DNA of 64,000 nt from assembly GCA_039028615.1 (NCBI GenBank), contig JBCCHT010000025.1, positions 143,948-207,947 of the forward strand, given 5' to 3'. Below are positions 36,014-45,572 of the stretch, in pieces. This stretch comes from Myxococcota bacterium (GTDB lineage: Bacteria; Myxococcota_A; Polyangia; Nannocystales; Nannocystaceae). Position 1 is the first letter of the stretch; each line of letters starts with the position of its first letter. The translations under genes and the position numbers were made by a program. The notes under the pieces are model-generated. The model searched no databases. It had not been told where the DNA came from and saw only the letters and a program-made list of their open reading frames with translations.

Positions 36014-37530
36014 GCGCCGCAGCCTTCATGGGCCTGTGTGTGCTCGGGTGCTTGGGCATGGTGGCCGCGCCCCTGCCCTCGTCCGAGATGATCGATCCCG
36101 ACAGCAACCGCGCACGGTCGCATCGACGCTCCGAGGCTCGCCTCGCCGCCACCATCTTCGTCATCGCGCTGCTGGCCTTCGGGGTGCTGCTCGCGCTGGG
36201 GCGCGGCGCATCGTGGCCCATCGTGCCGCTGGTCGTGCTCACCGCGGTCGGCTTGGTCGCGCTTCACCCGTGGCTCGCGGTGCGCTGGGTCTGCATTCCC
36301 CTCGGTCTGCCGCGCTTGGCCCTGAAGCTGGGGCGCCTGGGCGGTCACCCGTGGGTTCGCGATCCCGAAGGCGGCCAGGTGCTCGCCGCCGTGCTGGCAC
36401 AGCTGCGACGGCCCGTCGATGACGACATGCACCAGTGGCTCCGCGGGCAGTTGCAGCGCGGTCCGCTGCGCGGGGCGGGCTTGGTCGCGGCCGGTCTGCT
36501 CGCCGCCGATGCGGGCGATCGAGCGAAGGCCCGGGCCCTGCTCGTCAGCCTCGACGATCTCGATCCCGATCTGTGCCCGCCGCTGGCCCGCAAGATCGCA
36601 CTCGACTGGCTCGTGGCCGATGCCGTGCGCAACGGCGATTGGGCCCGCGTCTCGACCCTGGCCGACGACCACCCCTCGCCGTCGCGTACCGTGCGACTGA
36701 TGGCCCTGCTCGCTCGGGTCCACCGCGGCGAGACCCATGCCTCGGTGGGGTGGGCCTGGATGCTCGCGCCGCGCCGCCGCCACACGCTCGCGTTGGTCCG
36801 CGGCGTGCTCGCGCCGGCCGAAGGCCCCGTGCTGGAGCCGGTCGCCCCCGTCGACGATCCGCGCCTGGCCGCCAACGACGGCGGCCCCAGTCCCGCCGAA
36901 GCGCTGGCCCTCCACGTCGAGGCCCTGGGCGACACCGATGCCCCCGGCCCCAGCGGTCGGCTCACTCGGCTGGGGCACGCCTGGGATCGCGCCATGGACG
37001 ACTTCGGCTTTCGCGGTCGGGTGCGTCGCCGGGCGCAGAAGCTGCGCTGCACCGTCTCGGGCGAGCTGGTCATGGCCCGGCTGCATCGCGAGGCCTGCGA
37101 AGACCTCGCCCGCGCCCTGCTGCACTCGAAGGCCTCCGTCGACAGCCTCGGCGAGGGTCGCTCCATCGAGCGCGCCGTGGCGCAGATGCACACCATGGCC
37201 CTCGACGAGCTCGAGGAAGCCAGTGCCGTGCTCGCTGCCCCTCGCCCCAGCTTCGCCAGCGTCGACGACGTGATCTCGTCGTGGCTCACCTGGCTCAGCG
37301 TGCGGCGGCGCTACCAGGCCCTGGCCCAGGTCACCGCCCCCGAGCTTCGCAAGCAAGCCTATGTCGTGCTCGAGCTGAACGCTCGGCAGCTCATGGCCTG
37401 GATGTGGAACGAGCAACGAGAGCGGGGCCTGGCCAACGCCATCGCCACCTGGCTGATGCTCGAGGCCGAGCGGGTGCACGACGAAGAATCCGCCGCGTAC
37501 CACCGCCACAACGTGTCGCTGGTGATCTAG
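36010..37530 (+). CDS. Hypothetical membrane protein with helical-repeat region
   Basis: Several N-terminal hydrophobic segments followed by Ala/Leu/Arg-rich helices. Confidence 0.6.
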   Translation: MSAAAFMGLCVLGCLGMVAAPLPSSEMIDPDSNRARSHRRSEARLAATIFVIALLAFGVLLALGRGASWPIVPLVVLTAVGLVALHPWLAVRWVCIPLGLPRLALKLGRLGGHPWVRDPEGGQVLAAVLAQLRRPVDDDMHQWLRGQLQRGPLRGAGLVAAGLLAADAGDRAKARALLVSLDDLDPDLCPPLARKIALDWLVADAVRNGDWARVSTLADDHPSPSRTVRLMALLARVHRGETHASVGWAWMLAPRRRHTLALVRGVLAPAEGPVLEPVAPVDDPRLAANDGGPSPAEALALHVEALGDTDAPGPSGRLTRLGHAWDRAMDDFGFRGRVRRRAQKLRCTVSGELVMARLHREACEDLARALLHSKASVDSLGEGRSIERAVAQMHTMALDELEEASAVLAAPRPSFASVDDVISSWLTWLSVRRRYQALAQVTAPELRKQAYVVLELNARQLMAWMWNEQRERGLANAIATWLMLEAERVHDEESAAYHRHNVSLVI

Positions 37531-37563
37531 CCCAGCGCTCGAGCAGCGGCGGCTCGCCCCGAG

Positions 37564-37962
37564 CTAGTGCGCCTCGACGCTCAGCGTGGCGGCGTCGGGG
37601 TCGGCCAGCAACGCGCCCACGTCTCCGTGCTGGGAGTCGATCCGGGCGCTGCGCTCGACCTCGCCGCCCGCCGGGATGCTCAGGTCCTTGGGCCTCGCCT
37701 CGAAGCGCCCGCCGGGCCACTCGAGCACATACATGCCCACGTTCACCGCGCTCGCCGTACCGTTGGTAAAGCGCAGGGTGACGCGGGCCGCGGGCGCGCT
37801 GTTGCCCGTTGGTTGGGCCTCGAGCAAAGAGGCCACGACCGCGTTGGAGCCCGGCTCGGCCGCGGCGGGAGGAGGAGTCGAAGACGGTGGCGTCACGGGG
37901 GCCTCCGGGGAGCAGCCGGCGAGCAGCACGGCGAGCGAGAGAATGGTACGGCGGTGGATCAT
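37564..37962 (-). CDS. Small lipoprotein
   Basis: MIHRRTILSLAVLLAGC lipobox; short beta-sandwich-like domain. Confidence 0.65.
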   Translation of the reverse strand: MIHRRTILSLAVLLAGCSPEAPVTPPSSTPPPAAAEPGSNAVVASLLEAQPTGNSAPAARVTLRFTNGTASAVNVGMYVLEWPGGRFEARPKDLSIPAGGEVERSARIDSQHGDVGALLADPDAATLSVEAH

Positions 37963-37975
37963 GGCGGCGGAACCC

Positions 37976-40765
37976 TCAGGCGATGGCCGTGCCGTCGCCA
38001 CCGCCCACGGGGAAGCCGGGGCCGCCCTCGGTGGGACCGTAGATGCCCTGCGGCGCGGGTGCGATGTCGAGGTTCACGAGGTAGTCGGGGATGAGCTGGT
38101 TGCGAGAGCCCGCGTTACCGCTCCAGTTGAACACCACGATGCCTTCGCCCGCCATGCGGGGCAGGTTCGCGGCGCTGGTGAGCCGGCCGTTGGCCGTGGC
38201 CACCGCGTTCCATCGGGTGATGAAGTCGTTCACCGCCCAGCCGCGCACGGTGGCTGCGGTGACGCCCAGGTTGTGGGACCACATCTTCTCGCGGGCGGCC
38301 CGGACCCACTCGCGTTGATCGACGGTGACGTTGAGCTCGGAGTCCAGCTCGAAGCTGCGCACGTTGGCGTTGGCCGAGCCCACGCTCATCGTCTGGTCGT
38401 CGGCCATGATCATCTTGGAGTGCACCGAGCGGTTGAACATGGTGTACACGGCCGCGCGCGAGCCGAAGGCGGTGGTCACTCGCCGGAAGAACTCGTGCTG
38501 GAGGCCGTCGCCGTGCGAGGTGAGCGGGTTGGTGCCGTCGTCGGCCGCCGCGTTGGCCAACACCACGAAGATCGCCCGCAGAGAGCTGGCCGCCCCCGCC
38601 CGCGCCACGAGCTCGTCGGCCAGGCTCAGGTCGCGGAAGTACTGGTTTTCCAGGTACAGGAACGAGCGCGCGCAGTTGATGATCTTCGTATACGACTGCC
38701 GAACGTCGCGGCGATTGACGGTATACGCCCCGATGGTGGCGCCCGAGGAGATGGTACGGGTGAGCTGCACCGAGTGCGCACGCTTGGCCGCCGTGTTGTC
38801 GTCGGCGTGCAGGCGGCTGGGCTGGCTGAGCGTGCCGAAGCTGCCCCAGTCGGGCAGCAACGAGTTGCGAGCCCCGCCCTGCTCCCGATTCCAGCGCTCG
38901 ACGAACTGCCGCTCGACGTCGCGGGTGATCGGCCCCTCCATCTTCATGGTGAGGTCGTGCCAGCCGATCATGCCGCTGTAGCTCCACGCCGAGGGCACCT
39001 TGCGCGACTCGATGTCGAGCCCCCCGCAGTACGCCGTCGTCGCGTTGCCCTGGCGCGTGACCATGAACTTCTGGTGATGGCTACCGATGAAGATCGGCCC
39101 CGAGCCGCCGCCGTGCAGCGCCCGAATGGCCGCGGCGCGCAGGCCCCCGTAGCTGGCCGGGTGGCGGCTGACGATGTACTTGAAGCGCGCCCGCGCGGTG
39201 GCGGAGAGCCCCCGCACCAGCGCCTCCAGCGGGGTGAGGCTGCTGCGGCGCAGCCACGCGTCGAGCCCCGAGAAGGGGTCGAAGTCGTTGATGAGGATGC
39301 GGACCTCCACCCCTTCGCCCGCCTTCTTGCCGAGCAAGCTGCCCCAGGTCGTCTCGCCGGAGTAGGCCCCCGTCTGCAGCCCGGTCGCCGGTTCGAAGAA
39401 CCACGCCGACAGGTAGCAGAAGTCGCCGCTGCCCAGCGCCTTGACCGACCGCTCCATCTCGTCGAGGGGCTGGGTCGCGTCGATGTCGGGCGAGCTGCCG
39501 TTGGAGTTGCGACCGTTGATCAGCAGCTCGAGGCGCCCTTGGGTCGGCGCCGCGACCCAGTCGGTGTAGCTGGTGCTGCTCGCCGTCGGGATCCAGACCG
39601 AGCACGACGCCGAGGAGCCCGAGAAGTCGGGCGCCGACCAGTACAGCCCGTGGGTATTGGCCGAGTCGGCGCCGTCCCCATCGAGGAACATCCGCGTACC
39701 GCCGCGGTAGATCGTCGTGGAGTTGACCTCGACCTGCACCGACTTCAGCGCCCAGCCGTCGGTGCCCTCCTTGCGGATCATGATCTGCCGAAAGTCGGAG
39801 CGCCTCACCCCGCTGAGGTTGCGCAGCGTGAAGGTGTTGCTGGTATTGCGAGCGAAGTTGGAGGAGGGATCCCCCAGCGTCCACTCGTTGATTCCGTTGC
39901 TGAAGTACAGGTAGTCGCCGGTTCCCGCGTTGGCGACGTCGTCCGTCTCCACGGTGACGCGAAGCTGCGTGACCGCGGTCCCGGCCGCGGCGCGTGAGGG
40001 GTAGTTCCGCGAGGCCCACCACTTGCCGTGCTTGAGCTCTTCCCCCGGGCCGCCGTCGAGCCAGGTGCCCACCGCTTCGTCGAGCAGCACGGAGCCGTTG
40101 GCCGTGACCCGGATGTGCTGCACCTTCCACCCATCGGTGCCTTCCTTGCGCAGCGCGATCTGGCGAATGTGGCTCAGCCGTAGGGAGCCGAGCGCCCGCA
40201 GCGTGTACGTGTCGGTCGCCCCCGTCTGGAAGTCGTCGTGGTCGGCCCGGTCGAGCAGCCACTCGCGGGTGCCGACGTTGAAGTACACCGAGTCGTTGGT
40301 CCCGCTGTCCGCGTCCGAGGCCGTGGTCAGCCGCACCTCCAGCGAGGTGACCGCGGCATCGGTCCGGCCGGAGCCCAGCGACACGGGGGTGCCGAAGTCG
40401 GGCGCCTGCCAGCGAAGGCCGTAGAGCAGGCCCGCCCCCTCGCCGCCGTCGAGGAACATGTTGATCGTGCCCCGATAGAGCGGCGTGCCGCTCATCGCCG
40501 GGTTGTTGACCCACACCTCGATCGTCTGCGGCTTCCAGCCGTCGGTCCCCGTCTTGCGCAGCTGGATCGCGGTGATGTGCGAGGTGTCCAGCCCAGGCGA
40601 AATGGCGAGGGTATAGGCGCGCGTCTGACCGGGCTCGAAGTCGTCGCGATCGGTATCGAGGTACCACTCGCGCGTACCGATGCCGAAGTAGACGAAGTCG
40701 TTGGTGCCGGAGTCGGCGTCGCTCGACGTCACGAGCTTGACGATCAGGGAGGTAATGGCCGTCAT
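37976..40765 (-). CDS. Phospholipase D family protein with three N-terminal PLAT/LH2-like domains
   Basis: Three T...(S/A)GT.D..YF...EW.L...F...K.GTDGW repeats; HHQKFMV...GGLD...WHD; YLENQYF; HSKMIMADD...GSAN. Confidence 0.85.
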   Translation of the reverse strand: MTAITSLIVKLVTSSDADSGTNDFVYFGIGTREWYLDTDRDDFEPGQTRAYTLAISPGLDTSHITAIQLRKTGTDGWKPQTIEVWVNNPAMSGTPLYRGTINMFLDGGEGAGLLYGLRWQAPDFGTPVSLGSGRTDAAVTSLEVRLTTASDADSGTNDSVYFNVGTREWLLDRADHDDFQTGATDTYTLRALGSLRLSHIRQIALRKEGTDGWKVQHIRVTANGSVLLDEAVGTWLDGGPGEELKHGKWWASRNYPSRAAAGTAVTQLRVTVETDDVANAGTGDYLYFSNGINEWTLGDPSSNFARNTSNTFTLRNLSGVRRSDFRQIMIRKEGTDGWALKSVQVEVNSTTIYRGGTRMFLDGDGADSANTHGLYWSAPDFSGSSASCSVWIPTASSTSYTDWVAAPTQGRLELLINGRNSNGSSPDIDATQPLDEMERSVKALGSGDFCYLSAWFFEPATGLQTGAYSGETTWGSLLGKKAGEGVEVRILINDFDPFSGLDAWLRRSSLTPLEALVRGLSATARARFKYIVSRHPASYGGLRAAAIRALHGGGSGPIFIGSHHQKFMVTRQGNATTAYCGGLDIESRKVPSAWSYSGMIGWHDLTMKMEGPITRDVERQFVERWNREQGGARNSLLPDWGSFGTLSQPSRLHADDNTAAKRAHSVQLTRTISSGATIGAYTVNRRDVRQSYTKIINCARSFLYLENQYFRDLSLADELVARAGAASSLRAIFVVLANAAADDGTNPLTSHGDGLQHEFFRRVTTAFGSRAAVYTMFNRSVHSKMIMADDQTMSVGSANANVRSFELDSELNVTVDQREWVRAAREKMWSHNLGVTAATVRGWAVNDFITRWNAVATANGRLTSAANLPRMAGEGIVVFNWSGNAGSRNQLIPDYLVNLDIAPAPQGIYGPTEGGPGFPVGGGDGTAIA

Positions 40766-40998
40766 CCGCTGCTTCCTGTCCCATCTCCGCGTCGGGCCGC
40801 TGGCCAACGACGCGGAGTTACGAATGGGGTCGGAATTCTAGGCTGCGGCCGATTTCCACTCAAGCACGCTCGCCTCCGACGTCCCTCGTTCCCGCGACTT
40901 CGCGCCCACGCTCCCGAATCGGGTCGGGTCTCATGACCTCTCGTCGAGCCAGCCCATGAGCCGCTCGACGACGCGCGACCCCGATCGCGCGTCGGACC

Positions 40999-43905
40999 TC
41001 AACGAGCGGACGAGTCCTGCTCGGCGAGCCACTCCCGGCCGCGCTCACGCAAGTCCTCGCCGACCTCGGGCCGCGCGACCCAGGCCTTCATCTGCTCGAC
41101 TGCGGCCGCGGGCTCGTCGAAGCCCATCGCCATGATGAGCAGCAGCTGGGCGCGATGCCGCAGGCCCTGGAATTGCGGATGGTCCTCCGTCAGCGCGATC
41201 ACCTGGTGGGCAGCCGAGCGGATCTCGTCGGGTTCCTCCGCCACGAGCGCGGCTTCGGCCAGCCCCAGCAGCGGCATGCCCAACCGCGGGTTGTCTTCTC
41301 CCAGCGCACGCGTGCGGATCTCCAGTGAGCGGCGGAAGTAGTCCCGAGCCTCCTCCACGTGCCCCTGCCCCAGCAGCGCGCCCGCGAGGTTGCTCTGCGC
41401 TACCGCGAGGTGGGGAAACTCGGCGACCGCGTTGTCGGTGAGCAGCTTGACGATCCTCTCCAGCGTGGGGCGGGCCTCGTCGTAGCGCTCGAGCGCCAGG
41501 TAGGTGTTGGCCAGGTTGTTGAGCACCATCGTGTGCAGCAGGTTGTCGCCGGCATCGATGCTGTCGACCACCGCCACCGCTCGCGCGTGCCAGCGCAGCG
41601 CTTCATCGAAGTTCCTCATGTCGTTTTGGATCCCGCCGAGGTTCGACAGCGCGATGGCCAGGTCGACGTCGGGAACGCGGGTGGCTTCGTGTAGCGCGAG
41701 AGACCGCTCGAGAATCGGCTGCGCCTCCTTGGGGCGACCGCCCTCGATGTGCGCGGCGGCGATGTCGTAGAGCGTGTTGTACAGCGCCGGGTGCTCGGAC
41801 CCGTAGAGCGCCTCCTGCTCGCGGAGCAGGCCTTCGAGGCGTTCGACGCCACCGTCGAAGTCCCCGTCGACCACGTCCACCATCGCCAAGCGGCGGAGCG
41901 TCTGGAACGAGGTGGGATGGCGAGGCCCCAGCGTACGCCCAAAGATCTCGAGGGCGCGCTCGAGCTGCGCTCGGGCCTCGACATGCTCGCCGCGCCCCAT
42001 CGCCTCGCGGCCGAGGGCATGGGCATGGCGACCGTGATTGAGATCGCCTTCGGCGCCCATCTGGTCCAACAGCACGCTCGCATGCCGCAACCACAGCGTT
42101 CGCCGATCACCGAGCTTGGAGCCTCGGCCTTCATAGGACTCGGCCAACAGCGCGGCCCCGAATGCCGTCTCGAGCTCGCCCGCTCGAGCCGCCTCGAAGT
42201 AGGCATCGACCACGTAGTCGAAGCCCTGTTCGTTGCCTTCCAGGTAGAACGCGGCCTTCGCTCGCCGAAGGGCCGCGCTGGCGACCAAGGGTGCCCACGC
42301 GAGTTCCGTGGCGCGCTCGTAGACGGCCGTCGACCGCACGAGGGCGTCCTCGTAGTCCCCCGTGGTGTAGGAGGCCCACGATCGCGCCAGCTCGTGTCGA
42401 GCCTCGCGGACCTGCTCGCGAGACTCGTCGGGCGGTACCGAGATCTGCTGGAGCCGAACTGGGTCGAGGCACGTATCGGACGACGCCAGGTTCTTGGACG
42501 CCACGATGGCCGAGGCCATGACCGCGTCGTTGGGGTGAGACAGCTGGTCGATGACCACGTACAGCTCCACCCGACGATCATCCAGGCACCACTGCGCGCG
42601 GGCGTACTTGGAGCGCATCCACGAGCGATCCACCGTGTGATGGCGGCAGACCTCGATCGTCGCGTCCGCCCACGCCTCGGCACGCGCGCCCAGGACCGCG
42701 AGCACCTGGGACGCCGTGACCTTGGCGTACGGTGCTTCGTGACTCCCGAGCGCCTCGCCGAGCGCCTCGCGGCGCGATTCGTTCCAGACCTCGGAGATCG
42801 CGGCCCCCTGCTCTTCGCAGGCCTGCACCAGCTGCGCGCTCCGTAGCTGCACGGCGCCGATCCCTGCTGCCCCGACCATCGCAACGCCGGCCACCGCCCA
42901 CGCGGCTCGGCGTCGCTTCACTCGCCCCCAGGCGCGACGAAGGTCGTCGAGCAGCTCCGCCATCGACGGCCAGCGCTCGCCGGGCTCGACGGCCAGCCCG
43001 CGCTCGCACGCCTTGCGGACCGACGGCGGCACCCCGTGGCCCGGCGGTGGATCCTGACGCGCGCCGCGGACCACGTTGGCGGCCAGCTCGTAGGTCGAGC
43101 CGCCCTTGAAGGGTCGACGGCTGAACAGCGCCTCCCACAGCATCGAGCAGAACGCGAACTGGTCGGTGCGCGCGTCCAGGGGACGCCGCAGGAACTGCTC
43201 GGGCGACATGTACTGCGGCGTACCGACCGCGGGAGCCATGGTGCCCGCACCGATGGAGACGTCGGTCCCGTCGCCGGTCGAGCCGGTGAGCTCGGTGCCC
43301 AGCTGGGCAATGCCGAAGTCGGTCACCCGCGGGCGGCCGTCCTTGCCGACCAGCACGTTGTCCGGCTTGAGATCGCAGTGCACGAGCCCGGCTTCGTGCG
43401 CGGCCACGATGCCGCGCCCCACCGCCAGGTACATCTGCAGGACTTCTCGCCACGCGCGTCGTCGCTCGCGCTGCCAGCCGCGCAGCGTGGTGCCCTCCAC
43501 CAGCTCCATCGCCACGAACGCACGGTCGTCGGTAATCCCCACGTCGTGCACCGTGACCACGTTGGGGTGGCTGAGCCGGGCCATGGCCTTGCCTTCCCGC
43601 AGCAGGCGCTCGTCGACCGCGAGATCGGGATGCAGCACCTTGATCGCGATCCGTCGCTCGAGCTGCGGATCGTAGGCCTCGTACACCCGACCCATGCCGC
43701 CCGCGCCGATCGAGCGCCGCAGCTGGTAGCGACCGATCTCCTCCGGGCCTCGCTCGCTGACCGTCTCCGCGCCGAACAGATCGGCCAGCACTTTGTTGAG
43801 CCCCAGCGCACGCTCGAGCGAGGGTGGCTTCAGCTCGTCGACCCCGGTCGGCGGCGCGACGTCGCCGTCCGTCGAGGGCACGGAGTCGTACTCGTCGGCG
43901 CTCAC
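40999..43905 (-). CDS. Ser/Thr protein kinase with TM helix and TPR region
   Basis: GAGGMG, AIK, HCDLKPDN, DFG, YMSPE; C-terminal TPRs; GTGA overlap with the ECF sigma gene. Confidence 0.93.
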   Translation of the reverse strand: MSADEYDSVPSTDGDVAPPTGVDELKPPSLERALGLNKVLADLFGAETVSERGPEEIGRYQLRRSIGAGGMGRVYEAYDPQLERRIAIKVLHPDLAVDERLLREGKAMARLSHPNVVTVHDVGITDDRAFVAMELVEGTTLRGWQRERRRAWREVLQMYLAVGRGIVAAHEAGLVHCDLKPDNVLVGKDGRPRVTDFGIAQLGTELTGSTGDGTDVSIGAGTMAPAVGTPQYMSPEQFLRRPLDARTDQFAFCSMLWEALFSRRPFKGGSTYELAANVVRGARQDPPPGHGVPPSVRKACERGLAVEPGERWPSMAELLDDLRRAWGRVKRRRAAWAVAGVAMVGAAGIGAVQLRSAQLVQACEEQGAAISEVWNESRREALGEALGSHEAPYAKVTASQVLAVLGARAEAWADATIEVCRHHTVDRSWMRSKYARAQWCLDDRRVELYVVIDQLSHPNDAVMASAIVASKNLASSDTCLDPVRLQQISVPPDESREQVREARHELARSWASYTTGDYEDALVRSTAVYERATELAWAPLVASAALRRAKAAFYLEGNEQGFDYVVDAYFEAARAGELETAFGAALLAESYEGRGSKLGDRRTLWLRHASVLLDQMGAEGDLNHGRHAHALGREAMGRGEHVEARAQLERALEIFGRTLGPRHPTSFQTLRRLAMVDVVDGDFDGGVERLEGLLREQEALYGSEHPALYNTLYDIAAAHIEGGRPKEAQPILERSLALHEATRVPDVDLAIALSNLGGIQNDMRNFDEALRWHARAVAVVDSIDAGDNLLHTMVLNNLANTYLALERYDEARPTLERIVKLLTDNAVAEFPHLAVAQSNLAGALLGQGHVEEARDYFRRSLEIRTRALGEDNPRLGMPLLGLAEAALVAEEPDEIRSAAHQVIALTEDHPQFQGLRHRAQLLLIMAMGFDEPAAAVEQMKAWVARPEVGEDLRERGREWLAEQDSSAR

Positions 43906-44555
43906 GATGACTTCGGCGCCGGGGTGAGACCGGCACGGATCTGTCCGGCCCACGTTTCGAGACCGACCACGGTGGATTGGGCGAGGGCCTCGTCCTCGGT
44001 GAGCGCCTCGATGGCCTCGCGCAGCCGCGTGCGACCGCGGCGACGGCGGGTGTAGACGGTGTCCACGGGCACCCCGAGCAGCTCGGCGATCGCGGCTGGA
44101 TCGAGGCCCTCGACGAAGTCCAGCTCCAGCACGATCTGCTGCTCGATGGGGATCCGTCGCAGCGCTCTCGCCAGCAGCTGCGCCTCTTCCCGTCGGGCAA
44201 TCATGCGAGTGGGGCTGTCACCACCCAGGGTCTGGGCCACACACAGCTCCGAGAAGTCGTCGAGCTCGCGGGCGCGCTTGGTCTTCTTGCGCAGGTACGC
44301 CCGCAGCGTGTTCATCGCGATCGCGAACACGTAGCTGCGAAAGGCCCCCTGGTTTTCGATCGATTGGTGGCCACGCGTACACCCCAGCATCGTCTCCGAC
44401 ACGAGATCGGTGGCGTCCTCAGCGTCGCGAACCTTGTTGCGAAAGAACCGAATCAGCAGGTCGTAGTAGCGCTCGACGAGGCGAGCCCCCGCCCGCTGGT
44501 CGCCGCCGCGCCAGCGTTCGAGGAGTTCGTGATCGGCCAGCTCCGAGTGCGGCAC
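43902..44555 (-). CDS. ECF sigma factor coupled to the kinase gene
   Basis: DHELLERWRGGD, FRSYVFAIA, IAELLGVPVDTVYTRRRRGR. Confidence 0.88.
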   Translation of the reverse strand: MPHSELADHELLERWRGGDQRAGARLVERYYDLLIRFFRNKVRDAEDATDLVSETMLGCTRGHQSIENQGAFRSYVFAIAMNTLRAYLRKKTKRARELDDFSELCVAQTLGGDSPTRMIARREEAQLLARALRRIPIEQQIVLELDFVEGLDPAAIAELLGVPVDTVYTRRRRGRTRLREAIEALTEDEALAQSTVVGLETWAGQIRAGLTPAPKSS

Positions 44556-44869
44556 GGCCGGGAGTATCCGACATCGAGACCGCGGGAGTAGGCCCAAAGC
44601 CGCCGAATCGATGGCCCCTCGTGTGTCGGATCTCCGGTCGGCAGCTCCGCCGATCCCGCGGGCCCCGAGTAGAGCACGCTAACGACGTTGAACCGCGTGC
44701 TGTACCCCGCTCATCGGCGACGACGGGCACGACGGGAGGGTCGTAGTCGCGCGCCGAGTTGCCGACATTGTCCTACTGAATGTAACGGGAGTGCCTTCAA
44801 TTGCCTGTGAGCGTCGGAAAAAGTCACGGCCCGCGGTGTCGATTCTGATGAAGACGGAAGACGCGACGA

Positions 44870-45127
44870 ATGAGGGTGCACACCGTCAGCGCGAATCAGC
44901 GGCGCATGCTGCTCGAGCTGCTCGCCAGCGAGCGAGCCGGAGAGTTCGCCCTGTTCATCGGCCGCTATCTCGGGCGTGATCGTACCGCCAGCGAGCTGTG
45001 TCGCCTGCGGCTCTCCGATTGGGTCGACGAGCAAGAGATCATCTTCACCGCGCACGGGCGGCAGGTGGCCGAGTCCTTGGCCAACCGACTCGTCGATCGC
45101 TACGCCTACGCCGAGCTGGTGAGCTGA
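44870..45127 (+). CDS. Small hypothetical protein (85 aa)
   Basis: Fills the intergenic gap, ends convergently next to gloA, protein-like composition. Confidence 0.5.
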   Translation: MRVHTVSANQRRMLLELLASERAGEFALFIGRYLGRDRTASELCRLRLSDWVDEQEIIFTAHGRQVAESLANRLVDRYAYAELVS

Positions 45128-45128
45128 G

Positions 45129-45554
45129 CTACCACTCGCCCGTGTTGGGCATCGACAGCCAGGGCTCTTTGGGCGGCAAGGCTTCGCCGGCCTGGAGCAG
45201 CTCGACGGAGATCGCATCCGGCGAGCGCACGAAGGCCATGCGTCCGTCCCGGGGCGGGCGATTGATCGTCACGCCTGCCTGCTGCAGACGCTCGCAAGCC
45301 TCGTAGATGTCATCGACCGCATAGGCCAGGTGCCCGAAGTTCCGGCCTCCCGTGTAGGCCTCGGTCTGATCCCAGTTGTGGGTGAGCTCGACCTCCGGCT
45401 CCCCCTCGGCCGTGGCCAAGAACACCAGGGTGAACTTGCCCTTGGGTACATCCTTGCGACGCACCTCTTTCAGGCCCAACACCCCGAAGAACGCCAGCGT
45501 AGCGTCGAGGTCACGCACCCGGATCATGGTGTGGAGGTACTTCACGCCGGGCAT
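45129..45554 (-). CDS. gloA: Lactoylglutathione lyase (glyoxalase I, VOC family)
   Basis: [32 protein letters not shown]. Confidence 0.88.
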   Translation of the reverse strand: MPGVKYLHTMIRVRDLDATLAFFGVLGLKEVRRKDVPKGKFTLVFLATAEGEPEVELTHNWDQTEAYTGGRNFGHLAYAVDDIYEACERLQQAGVTINRPPRDGRMAFVRSPDAISVELLQAGEALPPKEPWLSMPNTGEW

Positions 45555-45572
45555 GATACGGGAAAGCCCCGC

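Noticed and set aside
37586..39997. 803-aa plus-strand ORF and other long antisense ORFs (54207-56918, 56834-59149, 8915-10678, 4589-6412)
   Set aside because: Shadow frames of high-GC genes; the opposite strand carries the recognisable motifs
44759..44790. Possible sigma-70 promoter starting TTGCCG
   Set aside because: No good -10 hexamer at proper spacing
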